NCBI GenBank assembly: GCA_029762535.1
Contig: JARVGK010000007.1
Coordinates: forward strand, 44,190 to 108,189
Length of the DNA stretch: 64,000 nt
Direction: 5' to 3'
DNA from: Thermoplasmatota archaeon
Lineage (GTDB): Archaea; Thermoplasmatota; Penumbrarchaeia; Penumbrarchaeales; Penumbrarchaeaceae
In this document: positions 19,750 through 28,890 of the stretch, piece by piece
Numbering within the stretch: position 1 is the first letter of the stretch
How the letters are laid out: the number at the start of each line of letters is the position of its first letter
The notes under the pieces: generated by a model
Databases searched by the model: none
What the model was told of the DNA's origin: nothing
Seen by the model: only the letters and a program-made list of their open reading frames with translations
Made by a program: the position numbers and the translations under genes

Positions 19750-21484
19750 CGATGGCCCCCATCGATTCGAGGTTGACCATGGCCTTCGTGGGGTCCATGT
19801 AGAATTCGTTTATCGCCCTGCTCACGTCCTTGTAATACGTCAGGTTCTTCTGGTCCATCAGCTTGAGGTATTTCTCCTTGCGGTATATCTCGTCCATTAT
19901 GGACTGGAGCGTCTTTCCGGTCGATCTCGCTATGTCCTCTATCAGGAAGCTCCTCCCCGTGAACTTGAACGCATCGTTCGTGGGATCCCACGTGAAGGGG
20001 GCGTTCGTCAGAAGGTTCTTTGAGGATGGCTCGATGTCCAGGACCTCCGTCACGCCCTTGACGCGCCTGACCCTCCTGCCCCTGTACACGACCTGCCCCT
20101 GGAAAACGACGGCGTCGAGCGACATGAACAGGGACCTGGGTATGTCCATCGGGGGGTTCTCCACCCTGTGTATCAGCTCGTCGATGGAGCCGGCGTGTAT
20201 CGTCGCCATCGCGGCGTGCCCGACGGCTATGGCCTGGAACAGGGTGAACGCCTCCTTGCCCCTGACCTCCCCCACTATCACGTATTCCGGTCTCTGTCTC
20301 AGGGCCGCTACCAGCAGGTCGAACATCGATATGCTCCCCGAGGACCCTCCCGAGGCGCTGACCCCGAACCCCCCCCTTGATACGGACTGTATCCAGTTGG
20401 TGTGGTCGATGTGGATCTCGGGGGTGTCCTCTATGGAGACCACCTTGTCCTCCGGCTTCACGAACATGCACAGCGCGTTCATGAGCGTGGTCTTGCCCGA
20501 GGCCGTGCCTCCGGAGATGAGAAGCGACCTCTTATACTCGATTATCGTCCAGAAGTAGGCGAGCTGGAAGGCGGAGATCGATCCGAACCTCATGAGGTCC
20601 ACAGGTGAGATGGGATCGTGGGAGAACTTCCTTATCGTGAAGGTGGAACCTTTTCTCGTGACCTCGGAGCCCAGCGTCAGGTTGATCCTCGAGCCGTCGG
20701 TGAGGGTGGCGTCGAGTATGGGCTGATAGACGGAGACGTGCTTTCCGGCGACCTGGGCGAGTTTTACGACATAGCGGTTCAGCTCCACATCGGAGGGGAA
20801 TTGTATGTTGGTCTTCATTGACCCCATCCCCCTGTGGAATATGTAGATGGGGATGTTGGGTCCGTTGCAGGATATGTCCTCTATGAACGGGTCCTTGATG
20901 AGGGCGTCCGCCCTCCCCCAGCCGATGAGGTCCCTCTGGAGGTAGTAGAAGAGGACGCGCCTCCTCTTCTCGTCAAGGTCTATGTTGTAGAGGTCCAGAA
21001 CTGACTGGTAGAGGCCGAGTATGTAGTTCCTGAGCTGGTCGGAGCGTCCGTACTCGGAACCCTCGGAGATCGGGAGCTCGTCCTGGTCCATTGCGACCTC
21101 CATCTTCGACTTTATGCTCTGGATGAGGTCCTCCTCGCCCTCTTTGAGCCTGGGCTCCTTTATGAGGTACTTCATCTCGCCCTCTTTTCTGTCATATGTG
21201 ATGTTGACGAAGGAATAAGGAGGGTTCACCGGATAGGTCAGGTTGACCCCGAGCTTCTCCTTGTCCAGTTCCCGCCTCATGAAGTTGAGCTCGCGCTGGA
21301 TGATTATCTTCTCGGAGATCTCGCCTTTCTTCCTCAGCTGGGATTCGATCTCGCGGGCGCGCTTTCGAAGCTTTTCCCGGAACTCGGGATCCTCCATCCT
21401 GTCGTCCGTGAGCTTCTCCTTCTTCATGAAGGGCAGGTCCGCCGATGCGGTCCATTTTACAATTCTATCCATTAATCCTGTCAA
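19733..21484 (-). CDS. Type II/IV secretion (PilB/ArlI/VirB11-family) assembly ATPase
   Basis: DPFIEDISCNG, TIRKF, Walker A GGTASGKT, Asp box EDTPE, ALRQRPEYVIVGEVRG, His box GHAAMATIH. Confidence 0.95.
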   Translation of the reverse strand: MTGLMDRIVKWTASADLPFMKKEKLTDDRMEDPEFREKLRKRAREIESQLRKKGEISEKIIIQRELNFMRRELDKEKLGVNLTYPVNPPYSFVNITYDRKEGEMKYLIKEPRLKEGEEDLIQSIKSKMEVAMDQDELPISEGSEYGRSDQLRNYILGLYQSVLDLYNIDLDEKRRRVLFYYLQRDLIGWGRADALIKDPFIEDISCNGPNIPIYIFHRGMGSMKTNIQFPSDVELNRYVVKLAQVAGKHVSVYQPILDATLTDGSRINLTLGSEVTRKGSTFTIRKFSHDPISPVDLMRFGSISAFQLAYFWTIIEYKRSLLISGGTASGKTTLMNALCMFVKPEDKVVSIEDTPEIHIDHTNWIQSVSRGGFGVSASGGSSGSISMFDLLVAALRQRPEYVIVGEVRGKEAFTLFQAIAVGHAAMATIHAGSIDELIHRVENPPMDIPRSLFMSLDAVVFQGQVVYRGRRVRRVKGVTEVLDIEPSSKNLLTNAPFTWDPTNDAFKFTGRSFLIEDIARSTGKTLQSIMDEIYRKEKYLKLMDQKNLTYYKDVSRAINEFYMDPTKAMVNLESMGAIDVKKG

Positions 21485-21685
21485 GGCGCCTTGGCTACTC
21501 TTATTACGATATTAATTACTGTTTCACGTAAAGGACATACAATATATAGGGATACGGAGGGGATCTTTCCCCAATGGAGAGGAAGTTGGGATCGGTAAGA
21601 CAAGACAACTATTTGGAGAACGCCTATATGCCCTTCTTTGGGTCAGGGAAATGGGTCCCGAAGGGGATCCAAGTAGGTGAAAGAA

Positions 21686-22825
21686 ATGAAGCACATGAAA
21701 AACGACAAGGCAGGGGTCTCCCCGGTCATTGCCACGTTGATATTGGTGCTCATCGCCGTAGCGGCGGGAGTTGCCTTTTTCGCATGGCAGTCTGGCTGGC
21801 AGGAAGACGCCACAGGTAACATAAGCAATGCGAACGCACAGACGGAGATAACCATCGGTGGATCCTCCACCGTCTATCCTTTCACGGCAGTTGCGGCTGA
21901 GGCTTTCATGGAAGCCAACCCCACCGTGAAGATCTCCTACCAGTCCGGTGGATCCGGTGCAGGAACCGCTGGCGTCAGGGAGGGTGTCATCGATATCGGT
22001 GCCGCCTCCTCCGACAGGACCCAGGCCAAGCACTTCCCCGACCACCCCGACGTGGTCATCACCGCCGTCGGCTATGACGCCGTCGGTGTCGTCGTCGATG
22101 ATGGCAACACCAGGATAAACGATATCAACGCAACCGTCGCAATCGAGATCTTCACAATGGTCATCACCGACTGGAACCAGGTCCCTGTTGCATCTGGCGC
22201 GTCCGGAACTGGCACAACTGGTGCAGCTGGTTCTGAGACCACTGTAACAGTCTCCACCGGAACCCTTGCAATTGGCAGGTACAGGATGTGGTCTGCAACA
22301 ACTCTCGTGAGGACTGTCGATGTTATAGCTGCAAATACGCTCCCCTCAGATCTCTTCGGAGCATCCGCATCCATCTCCTGGCAGGTTATCACCTCCGCTA
22401 CCTCCGCTCCTATCGAAGTCTACGACAGGGCTGACAAGTCCGGAACCGAGGAGTGCTTCAACGAGAAGCTCCTCGGCCTCGATGGATCCTCCATCCCCGA
22501 AGGTGATCAGACCGGTGTCGCAGGCAATCAGGAAATGCTCGACCTCTTCGAGGCTGGCGCACCCAACGCTATCGGATTCATCTCCACCGGTGTCGCCACC
22601 TCCGATGTGAAGCTCGTCACCCTCGACGGCGTCGCCGCCACCGAGGAGAACATCGCTGACGGGTCCTACACCGCCCAGAGGCCCCTGAACTATATGTACA
22701 TCCCCTCCCAGCTCGGCGGAAAGCTCGCCATCGTTGAGGCGTACATAGACTTCTGCATGTCCCCCAAGAACAATATTGACTTCGCCCACTCCGTGGACTA
22801 CCTCTCCTGGTATGACCTCGAGTAA
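21686..22825 (+). CDS. pstS: Type IV pilin N-terminus fused to a PstS phosphate-binding domain (PstS copy 2)
   Basis: MKHMKNDKAG|VSPVIATLILVLIAVAAGVAFFAW class III signal; PstS motifs GGSSTV, SGGSGAG, IGAASS, YDAVGVVV, RADKSGT, IGF, QRPL; SD aggtga before ATG 21686. Confidence 0.9.
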   Translation: MKHMKNDKAGVSPVIATLILVLIAVAAGVAFFAWQSGWQEDATGNISNANAQTEITIGGSSTVYPFTAVAAEAFMEANPTVKISYQSGGSGAGTAGVREGVIDIGAASSDRTQAKHFPDHPDVVITAVGYDAVGVVVDDGNTRINDINATVAIEIFTMVITDWNQVPVASGASGTGTTGAAGSETTVTVSTGTLAIGRYRMWSATTLVRTVDVIAANTLPSDLFGASASISWQVITSATSAPIEVYDRADKSGTEECFNEKLLGLDGSSIPEGDQTGVAGNQEMLDLFEAGAPNAIGFISTGVATSDVKLVTLDGVAATEENIADGSYTAQRPLNYMYIPSQLGGKLAIVEAYIDFCMSPKNNIDFAHSVDYLSWYDLE

Positions 22826-22858
22826 TCGGGTTGATGGCAAAATATCAAATAACATCTC

Positions 22859-22891
22859 GGAGGGTTTTTTATTAAACCCTCCTTTTTTTTT
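22859..22891 (+). terminator. Hairpin plus poly-T terminator/attenuator after pilin-PstS
   Basis: GGAGGGTTT (22859-67) pairs with AAACCCTCC (22874-82), followed by T9. Confidence 0.75.
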
Positions 22892-22938
22892 ATTTTCTTT
22901 CTTTTTGAAATGTTTCGTCTCTAGGATAGGGTAGTAAA

Positions 22939-25900
22939 ATGGATCTCAAGGTTCCGAATTGGGCTGTTGCGATAGTTCAGGCATTGATATTCGTCATAAT
23001 CTTCTTCCCCGCCCTCTTCGCATTGGACTCATTCTATCTACAATTGCCTTTCTTCATCCTGGAATTGATCATGATCTTCATCGTTCTCACCAAGAAGGAT
23101 ATGAGATTCTTTTACATGTTCTGGCAGTTCCAGATATATCTCCTCATTCTATTCAAGGTGATATTCGATTACAATACAACGTTCAAGACGATCGATTCTG
23201 AACCATTGGCGATCATTGTCATCTCGTTCTTCATAACATTCCTGGAAGCATTGATCCTTGTGGGATTCATCCTTCGGGAAAAGGGCGTTAAGCCCATACT
23301 TGTGACACTGTCCTCAACGACCAGCATCGTTGTGCTGCTCATTATCATTTTTATTTTCAAGGAAGGTCTCCCGGCTTTTTCGGAGAACGATCCTATCGAG
23401 TTCTTGACAGGAAATAGCTGGACGGCAGATTATGAACCATCCTTGGAAGATACGATCCTGATCGAGGTCGTTGTTTCGGATTACGATCACGAAATATCGA
23501 TACCGGATGATAGGCTGTATCTCGCAATAGATGAGAACCATACTGTTCCCATCGATCTGAAGAACACCGGATCGAAGGATGATACCTATCTGTTAAGTTT
23601 GGAATATCCCTCCGGTCTATCGGTTCAGGATCATCAAAGAACTGTTTTTTTAAGATCTGGATCGGATCATACTTTCGATATCGATCTTTCTTCAAATATT
23701 TCCATGGACTTGGATCTGAGGATCATTGTGGGATCCATGAATGGAAGTATATCAAAGGAAAGGACAATAGACCTGGCTTTCGGAGACGTTGGGATCGATG
23801 CGGGGCCGGAGTACTTCCATTATCTGAATTCGGAGATGAATGTCCCTCGCACTCCTTTTTGGGTGAAGAATACCGGGAACGTAGTTGAGACCTATTCCGT
23901 GACATTGACCTTCGATGAAGAGATCATCAAACCTTTTGTGACCGGGACCGACAATGATTGGGACCACGATAACGATACAGTTGACATCACCCTGGACCCC
24001 ATGGAAACCGTTTCCTTCAACGTGATAACAAGGATCCTGAACCTTCGCCCGTTCAGGTCTACAATAACGATCGATGTCGTGTCAAGGACGGATCCCGGCA
24101 TATATGACAGCATAGTGATCGACTTCGAGTATCGGGACAGGAGCTATTTCGATCACGATCAAACTTCTTTCGTCGTATCCAAAGGCTCCGATGTCATCAT
24201 CCCGGTCTTCGTCAATATCACAAACCCGGCAAATTCCAATTTCTTCATACTGGTTGAAGATGGGAACGGGCCCCTGGAGACCTTCAGCCTATCGTATGAT
24301 TCCGTAAATATCGATGAAATCGATGAAAAGGTTCCGATCAACCTATCATCGGGTATGAAGACCCTTCTATTGACCGTCAGGTCCAATTCGAATATCGGAG
24401 GATCGGAGAATATCACCCTTAATATCACATTGGAGAGGGAAGGGACCTATCCTTCCTTCGGCATCGGCCCGATGATCGTCGGCACGTTCATCACCGTCCT
24501 TGTCGCATTGATCATAGCCGTTCCATTAGGACTGGGTACGGCGATCTTTTTGGCGGAATACTGCCCCAAGAAACTGCACATCTTCCTGCGTCCTATGTTC
24601 GAACTTTTGGCCGGGATCCCTTCGATAGTTTACGGCCTCTGGGGATATTTCACATTGGTACCCTTCTTCAGGGACAACATATACGGCCCGGTGAGTGGAT
24701 CTTTGGGATTGGCGATCCCCTTCCTAAGGATCACACCGGAGACCCCCAGTTCCGAGGGGACCGTGATCGTTGCCGGTTTCGTCCTATCAATTATGATACT
24801 TCCGATCATCATAACCCTTTCCGAAGATTCTATACGAGCCGTTGCCAGGAGCCTGAAGGAGGGATCGCTCTCATTGGCCACGACTAAATGGCAGACGATA
24901 AGAGGCGTGGTCCTGAAAAGAGCGAAAAGCGGGATCATATCCTCTATCATTTTGGCCATGGGAAGGGCCATAGGCGAGACCATGGCTGTTATAATGATAC
25001 TCAGGATAGCGACGAATTATCCGAGTTCGCTCTTCGAACGGGCAGGGTCAATGACCGCGGTCATCGCCGGGACCTTCGGATGGGCATTCGATCTCGATCT
25101 TTCAAGACATGCCGTCTTTGGGGTTGCGATCGTGCTGTTCATGATCGTCTTCGTTCTTAACCTGATAGTCTTCAGGATACAGAACGGTGAGAAGAAGGGA
25201 AGTATCGCTTTCCGGTGGGTAAATCGTATCGTCGAGAAGGCCATCAATTATTGTTTCAGGAAAAAAGAAGACATGAGGACCCTTCCGACCAAGGGACCGG
25301 TGTTCGATAAAAAGAATATGACATCACTTGGCTTTTTACGGTTCCAGGAATACCTGTTCAGGTCATTGTTCGCGCTATCGGCAATAGTGATCTTCATATT
25401 CCTCCTGCTTGTCCTAAGCAATGTTTTCATTACGGGAATATCATCGATGAAATTATACTATCTTTTCGAAAAGGAAGTCGCGGGAGGATTGGAGGACGGT
25501 GGATTCCTCAATGCCATTCTCGGTTCCCTTCAGCTGACGTTCTTGGCATTATTGATCTCCTCCATATTCTCGTTGGGAGCGGCCATATACATTACACAGT
25601 TCAGCAAACAGAACAATATCCTAACGAGGACCATACTCTTCTCTTCCGATACCCTTGCTGCGACGCCTTCGATCGTATTCGGGGCATTTGGGTTCATTTT
25701 CTTCTCCATCGAGCTCAAACTAGGCCTGTCGATGTTGTCGGCAGCGCTTACTCTGTCAATAATGGTGATCCCCCTCCTTTTAAGAAGTTCGATAGAAGCT
25801 CTCAACAGCATACCCAGAGAGCTTGGGGATGGTTCCCTGGCATTGGGAGCGAGTAAATGGCAGACGGTGTGGAACGTGATATTGCCGCCGGCATTGGGGG

Positions 25901-26184
25901 GAATATCAAGTGGCGTTATCCTTTCCATCGGCAGGGCCATCGGAGAGACGGCGGCCATCCTTTTCACGGCAGGTTATGCCCTGACCATAAACAACTCCAT
26001 AATGTCATCGGTTGCGACCATGCCGAATATGATCTACAATTACTATGGTCTCAGCTCCCACAATCCCGCCCTTCAGGATAAATTATATTCATGTGCCCTT
26101 GTCTTGATCGTCCTGGTATTGATCCTGAACTCCATCGCCCGTTTATCACAGATAAGAACGAACAAATTGAAGGGGAATTATTAG
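22939..26184 (+). CDS. pstC: Large PstC-PstA fusion permease (copy 2) with extra N-terminal TMs and extracellular Ig-like insertion
   Basis: FLTGNSW...PSFGIGPMIVGT split by a ~340-aa insert; ELLAGIPSIVYG, GRAIGETMAV, TLAATPSIVFG, GRAIGETAA. Confidence 0.9.
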   Translation: MDLKVPNWAVAIVQALIFVIIFFPALFALDSFYLQLPFFILELIMIFIVLTKKDMRFFYMFWQFQIYLLILFKVIFDYNTTFKTIDSEPLAIIVISFFITFLEALILVGFILREKGVKPILVTLSSTTSIVVLLIIIFIFKEGLPAFSENDPIEFLTGNSWTADYEPSLEDTILIEVVVSDYDHEISIPDDRLYLAIDENHTVPIDLKNTGSKDDTYLLSLEYPSGLSVQDHQRTVFLRSGSDHTFDIDLSSNISMDLDLRIIVGSMNGSISKERTIDLAFGDVGIDAGPEYFHYLNSEMNVPRTPFWVKNTGNVVETYSVTLTFDEEIIKPFVTGTDNDWDHDNDTVDITLDPMETVSFNVITRILNLRPFRSTITIDVVSRTDPGIYDSIVIDFEYRDRSYFDHDQTSFVVSKGSDVIIPVFVNITNPANSNFFILVEDGNGPLETFSLSYDSVNIDEIDEKVPINLSSGMKTLLLTVRSNSNIGGSENITLNITLEREGTYPSFGIGPMIVGTFITVLVALIIAVPLGLGTAIFLAEYCPKKLHIFLRPMFELLAGIPSIVYGLWGYFTLVPFFRDNIYGPVSGSLGLAIPFLRITPETPSSEGTVIVAGFVLSIMILPIIITLSEDSIRAVARSLKEGSLSLATTKWQTIRGVVLKRAKSGIISSIILAMGRAIGETMAVIMILRIATNYPSSLFERAGSMTAVIAGTFGWAFDLDLSRHAVFGVAIVLFMIVFVLNLIVFRIQNGEKKGSIAFRWVNRIVEKAINYCFRKKEDMRTLPTKGPVFDKKNMTSLGFLRFQEYLFRSLFALSAIVIFIFLLLVLSNVFITGISSMKLYYLFEKEVAGGLEDGGFLNAILGSLQLTFLALLISSIFSLGAAIYITQFSKQNNILTRTILFSSDTLAATPSIVFGAFGFIFFSIELKLGLSMLSAALTLSIMVIPLLLRSSIEALNSIPRELGDGSLALGASKWQTVWNVILPPALGGISSGVILSIGRAIGETAAILFTAGYALTINNSIMSSVATMPNMIYNYYGLSSHNPALQDKLYSCALVLIVLVLILNSIARLSQIRTNKLKGNY

Positions 26185-26185
26185 T

Positions 26186-26332
26186 TCACTGCTTCGGATA
26201 GTCGAAGATCTCGGGCGCGTCCTCGGCTATCACGTGCACTCTGGGCTTGACCTTCATGCTCATCTCGATCAATCTCTTCGTGGAGAGGACCAACGCCACG
26301 AAGATCACCGCAAAGGAGATCCCCGCTATGAT
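26186..26332 (-). pseudogene. Duplicated 3' fragment (147 bp) of the gene at 28891-29520
   Basis: Encodes IIAGISFAVIFVALVLSTKRLIEMSMKVKPRVHVIAEDAPEIFDYPKQ*; no ATG before the upstream in-frame TGA; 9 mismatches against 28891-29037 by manual count. Confidence 0.85.
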
Positions 26333-26787
26333 CGATGACGTTGGGAGAACAGTGATTATATCGCTTTCATTACATAGGGACCTGTACCTCGGTCAGGATC
26401 TCCGATCCCGATGTCTTGCCGGGATCGTTGCGAAAGGGCTCCCTTGCCTTCCATGCGGGAGGGATGCCCTTCTGCTCGAGATATTTGAACAGCATTCACC
26501 ACGCCGCTCCTACCTGATCGTAGGGGCCTTTGTGGATGGCGGACATCACTTTTTTTGCGGATATCCATTTCACATTCAGTTCCTTTTGCAGGGTCCACAT
26601 GATTGCAATCTCGGTCGGACCACCATTCAAACCTAGGTTGCGATCCTTTAACGGACCCTGGAATGAAAGGCCTATTTAGTATGTGATAGGATAACAGATA
26701 GTATTATATACAGAGCAGTTTTATACGTCTTTCTTGTGAAGTACCCGTAAAAAAGAGACTTAAAACTTAAAAAAGAGGCGGTCTAAA

Positions 26788-28014
26788 ATGTTGATAGAGT
26801 TCAAGCTCAGGAACTTCAGGTCCATCAGGGACGAGATGACCTTCAGCCTGCTGGCATCGAGCGACAGGACGCATTCCCAGAACTTAATCGTTCACGATGC
26901 ATTGAAAAAGGACCTTCTGCTTAAGAGCGCCGTGATCTACGGCGCCAACGCTTCGGGTAAGACCAACGTTCTTCTGGGTTTGAACACCCTAAGAGGACTT
27001 GTCGTCCATTCTCACAGCAACCAGATAGGTCAGGAGCTTCCTTACGAGCCGTTCAGATTGGACGAAAGGGCCGGGTCCGACGATACCTCCTTCCGGATCG
27101 CATACATTCATAAGGACATCAAGTACATCTACGAGCTCTCCTACAACAGGGAAAAGGTTGTTGATGAGGTTCTCTACAGCTATCCGCAGGGAAGAAGGTC
27201 GTTGCTCTTTTCAAGGACCGGAACGGATAATTACAGGTTCACCAAAGATGAAAAGGAGCAGACCCTGATCAAAGAAAGGACACCCCCGAACGTCCTCTAC
27301 CTTTCAAGGGCCGCACAGTTCAACTACCAACCTGCAATAGATGCGTTCGAATGGTTCAAGGAAAAGCTGAAATTTATAGGACCTTCCGACCATATCAATC
27401 TGATGAAGTTCACAAGCAAAATGCTGGAGGACCCCAAGAGCAAGGACATGATCCTTCAGGGGCTCAGGACCGCGGACCTCGGGATAGACGATGTCATCCT
27501 CAACAATGTCACTATCAGGGCCGAGGAGCTGCCCGGGGACCTCCCTTCGGAGCTAAAGGATAGGTTGGTAGGCTCCGAACGTACTAGGATATTGACATAT
27601 CATAAGGGTGTTCCGTTTGACCTTTCAGATGATGAGTCCGAAGGCACCAAGAGAATGTTCCATCTGATCGGACCCGTAATAAAAGCTCTCAACGATTCAC
27701 AGGTCCTCCTGATAGACGAGCTCGATACAAAGCTCCATCACCTTATGAACATCTTTTTGATAGAGCTGTTCCAGAATACCGACAACCCTTCATCCCAGCT
27801 CGTGTTCACAACACACAACACAACCCTTCTCGAATCCGAACTCTTCAGAAGGGACCAGATATGGTTCACCGAAAGACGGCCTGATGACGATTCGACCGAC
27901 CTCTACTCTCTCCTTGAGTTCCACCCCAGAAACGATGCGAACATAAAGATAGGATACCTGTCGGGAAGGTACGGTGCCATACCTCTCATCAAGAGCGAAA
28001 GGTTGTGCCCATGA
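26788..28014 (+). CDS. ABC-like AAA_21 ATPase (RloA/AbiLi type)
   Basis: NFRSI, GANASGKT, ESEGTK, LLIDE, FTTH, LFRRDQIWF, YLSGRYGAIP. Confidence 0.9.
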   Translation: MLIEFKLRNFRSIRDEMTFSLLASSDRTHSQNLIVHDALKKDLLLKSAVIYGANASGKTNVLLGLNTLRGLVVHSHSNQIGQELPYEPFRLDERAGSDDTSFRIAYIHKDIKYIYELSYNREKVVDEVLYSYPQGRRSLLFSRTGTDNYRFTKDEKEQTLIKERTPPNVLYLSRAAQFNYQPAIDAFEWFKEKLKFIGPSDHINLMKFTSKMLEDPKSKDMILQGLRTADLGIDDVILNNVTIRAEELPGDLPSELKDRLVGSERTRILTYHKGVPFDLSDDESEGTKRMFHLIGPVIKALNDSQVLLIDELDTKLHHLMNIFLIELFQNTDNPSSQLVFTTHNTTLLESELFRRDQIWFTERRPDDDSTDLYSLLEFHPRNDANIKIGYLSGRYGAIPLIKSERLCP

Positions 28015-28634
28015 CCGAAAGAGGCTATTCCAGGAGAAGGGACCGAACGCGGCGTTCCTTTAACACGGTCCTCGTTGTCTGTGAAGGGCTCAAGACGGAA
28101 AGGATATATCTGAAAGGATTGAACGAAAGGTACGGTCGTGTTCATATCCTACCTGTTCATTCCGGTTCGACCGATGTCAGGTCCATGGTAAGATTTGCTG
28201 TGGGAAAGAGAAGGGAATACCAGTTCCGGGAAGGGGACGGGAACGAGACCTGGTGCGTCTTCGACGTGGATGAGAAGGACGATGATGAGCTCCTTCAATG
28301 GATCCCATATGCAGAAAGGAACGGTGTGATGGTGGCTCTCTCCAATCCTTCTTTTGAGCTCTGGTACCTCCTTCATTTCGATTACAGGCCCGGTCCGACC
28401 GACAGGTACAAGGTCCTGGAGGACCTGAAAAGGTCCATACCTGATTACGAGAAGAGCGGTTGTTACAATCATATCCTTTACCCCCTGACCATGAATGCAA
28501 TAGATAATTCCAAACGATTGAACAAAGAACATTCAAGGATAGGAGTTGACCTTAACTCCAAAAAGGCCAACCCATCGACCCAGGTCTTCAAGCTTATCGA
28601 AGCGGTCAAACTTTTAAAAGAAAGGAATGGATAA
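28011..28634 (+). CDS. rloB: RloB-family (AbiLii-like, Toprim-fold) protein
   Basis: VVCEG.KTE..Y, WCVFDVD, SNPSFELWYLLHF, NPSTQV; ATGA coupling with the upstream ATPase. Confidence 0.9.
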   Translation: MTERGYSRRRDRTRRSFNTVLVVCEGLKTERIYLKGLNERYGRVHILPVHSGSTDVRSMVRFAVGKRREYQFREGDGNETWCVFDVDEKDDDELLQWIPYAERNGVMVALSNPSFELWYLLHFDYRPGPTDRYKVLEDLKRSIPDYEKSGCYNHILYPLTMNAIDNSKRLNKEHSRIGVDLNSKKANPSTQVFKLIEAVKLLKERNG

Positions 28635-28890
28635 AAGCGATCGATCATCTCATCATAGTTGTATTACCTTAATAAAAACTCATAAGGCATTCCAGGCTTT
28701 TGATGCTGTGTGAAGGATTTATCCTGTGAATGGCTTTATGGAGAGGACGTATTGACCCCGTCCAGTTCCCCGAGGTGAACGACAAGGTATATTCGCCGGC
28801 GTTCATACTCATAGTCATCGTTCTGATATTGAACTCCCTGGCCAGATCGATAGCTGAGGTCATCGAGGATGCAGGGAGAATAGAGAACGA

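Noticed and set aside
13850-21484. Archaellum (motility) operon
   Set aside because: No recognisable ArlF/ArlG, ArlC/D/E or chemotaxis genes; two separate F proteins; the pilins lack recognisable archaellin globular domains
26356-26636. Small ORFs between the orphan repeat and the AAA_21 ATPase as a possible integrase or transposase remnant
   Set aside because: No recognisable recombinase or transposase motifs
28669-28863. 64-aa ORF inside the RloAB cassette
   Set aside because: No motif or convincing start; may be a gene fragment but cannot be supported
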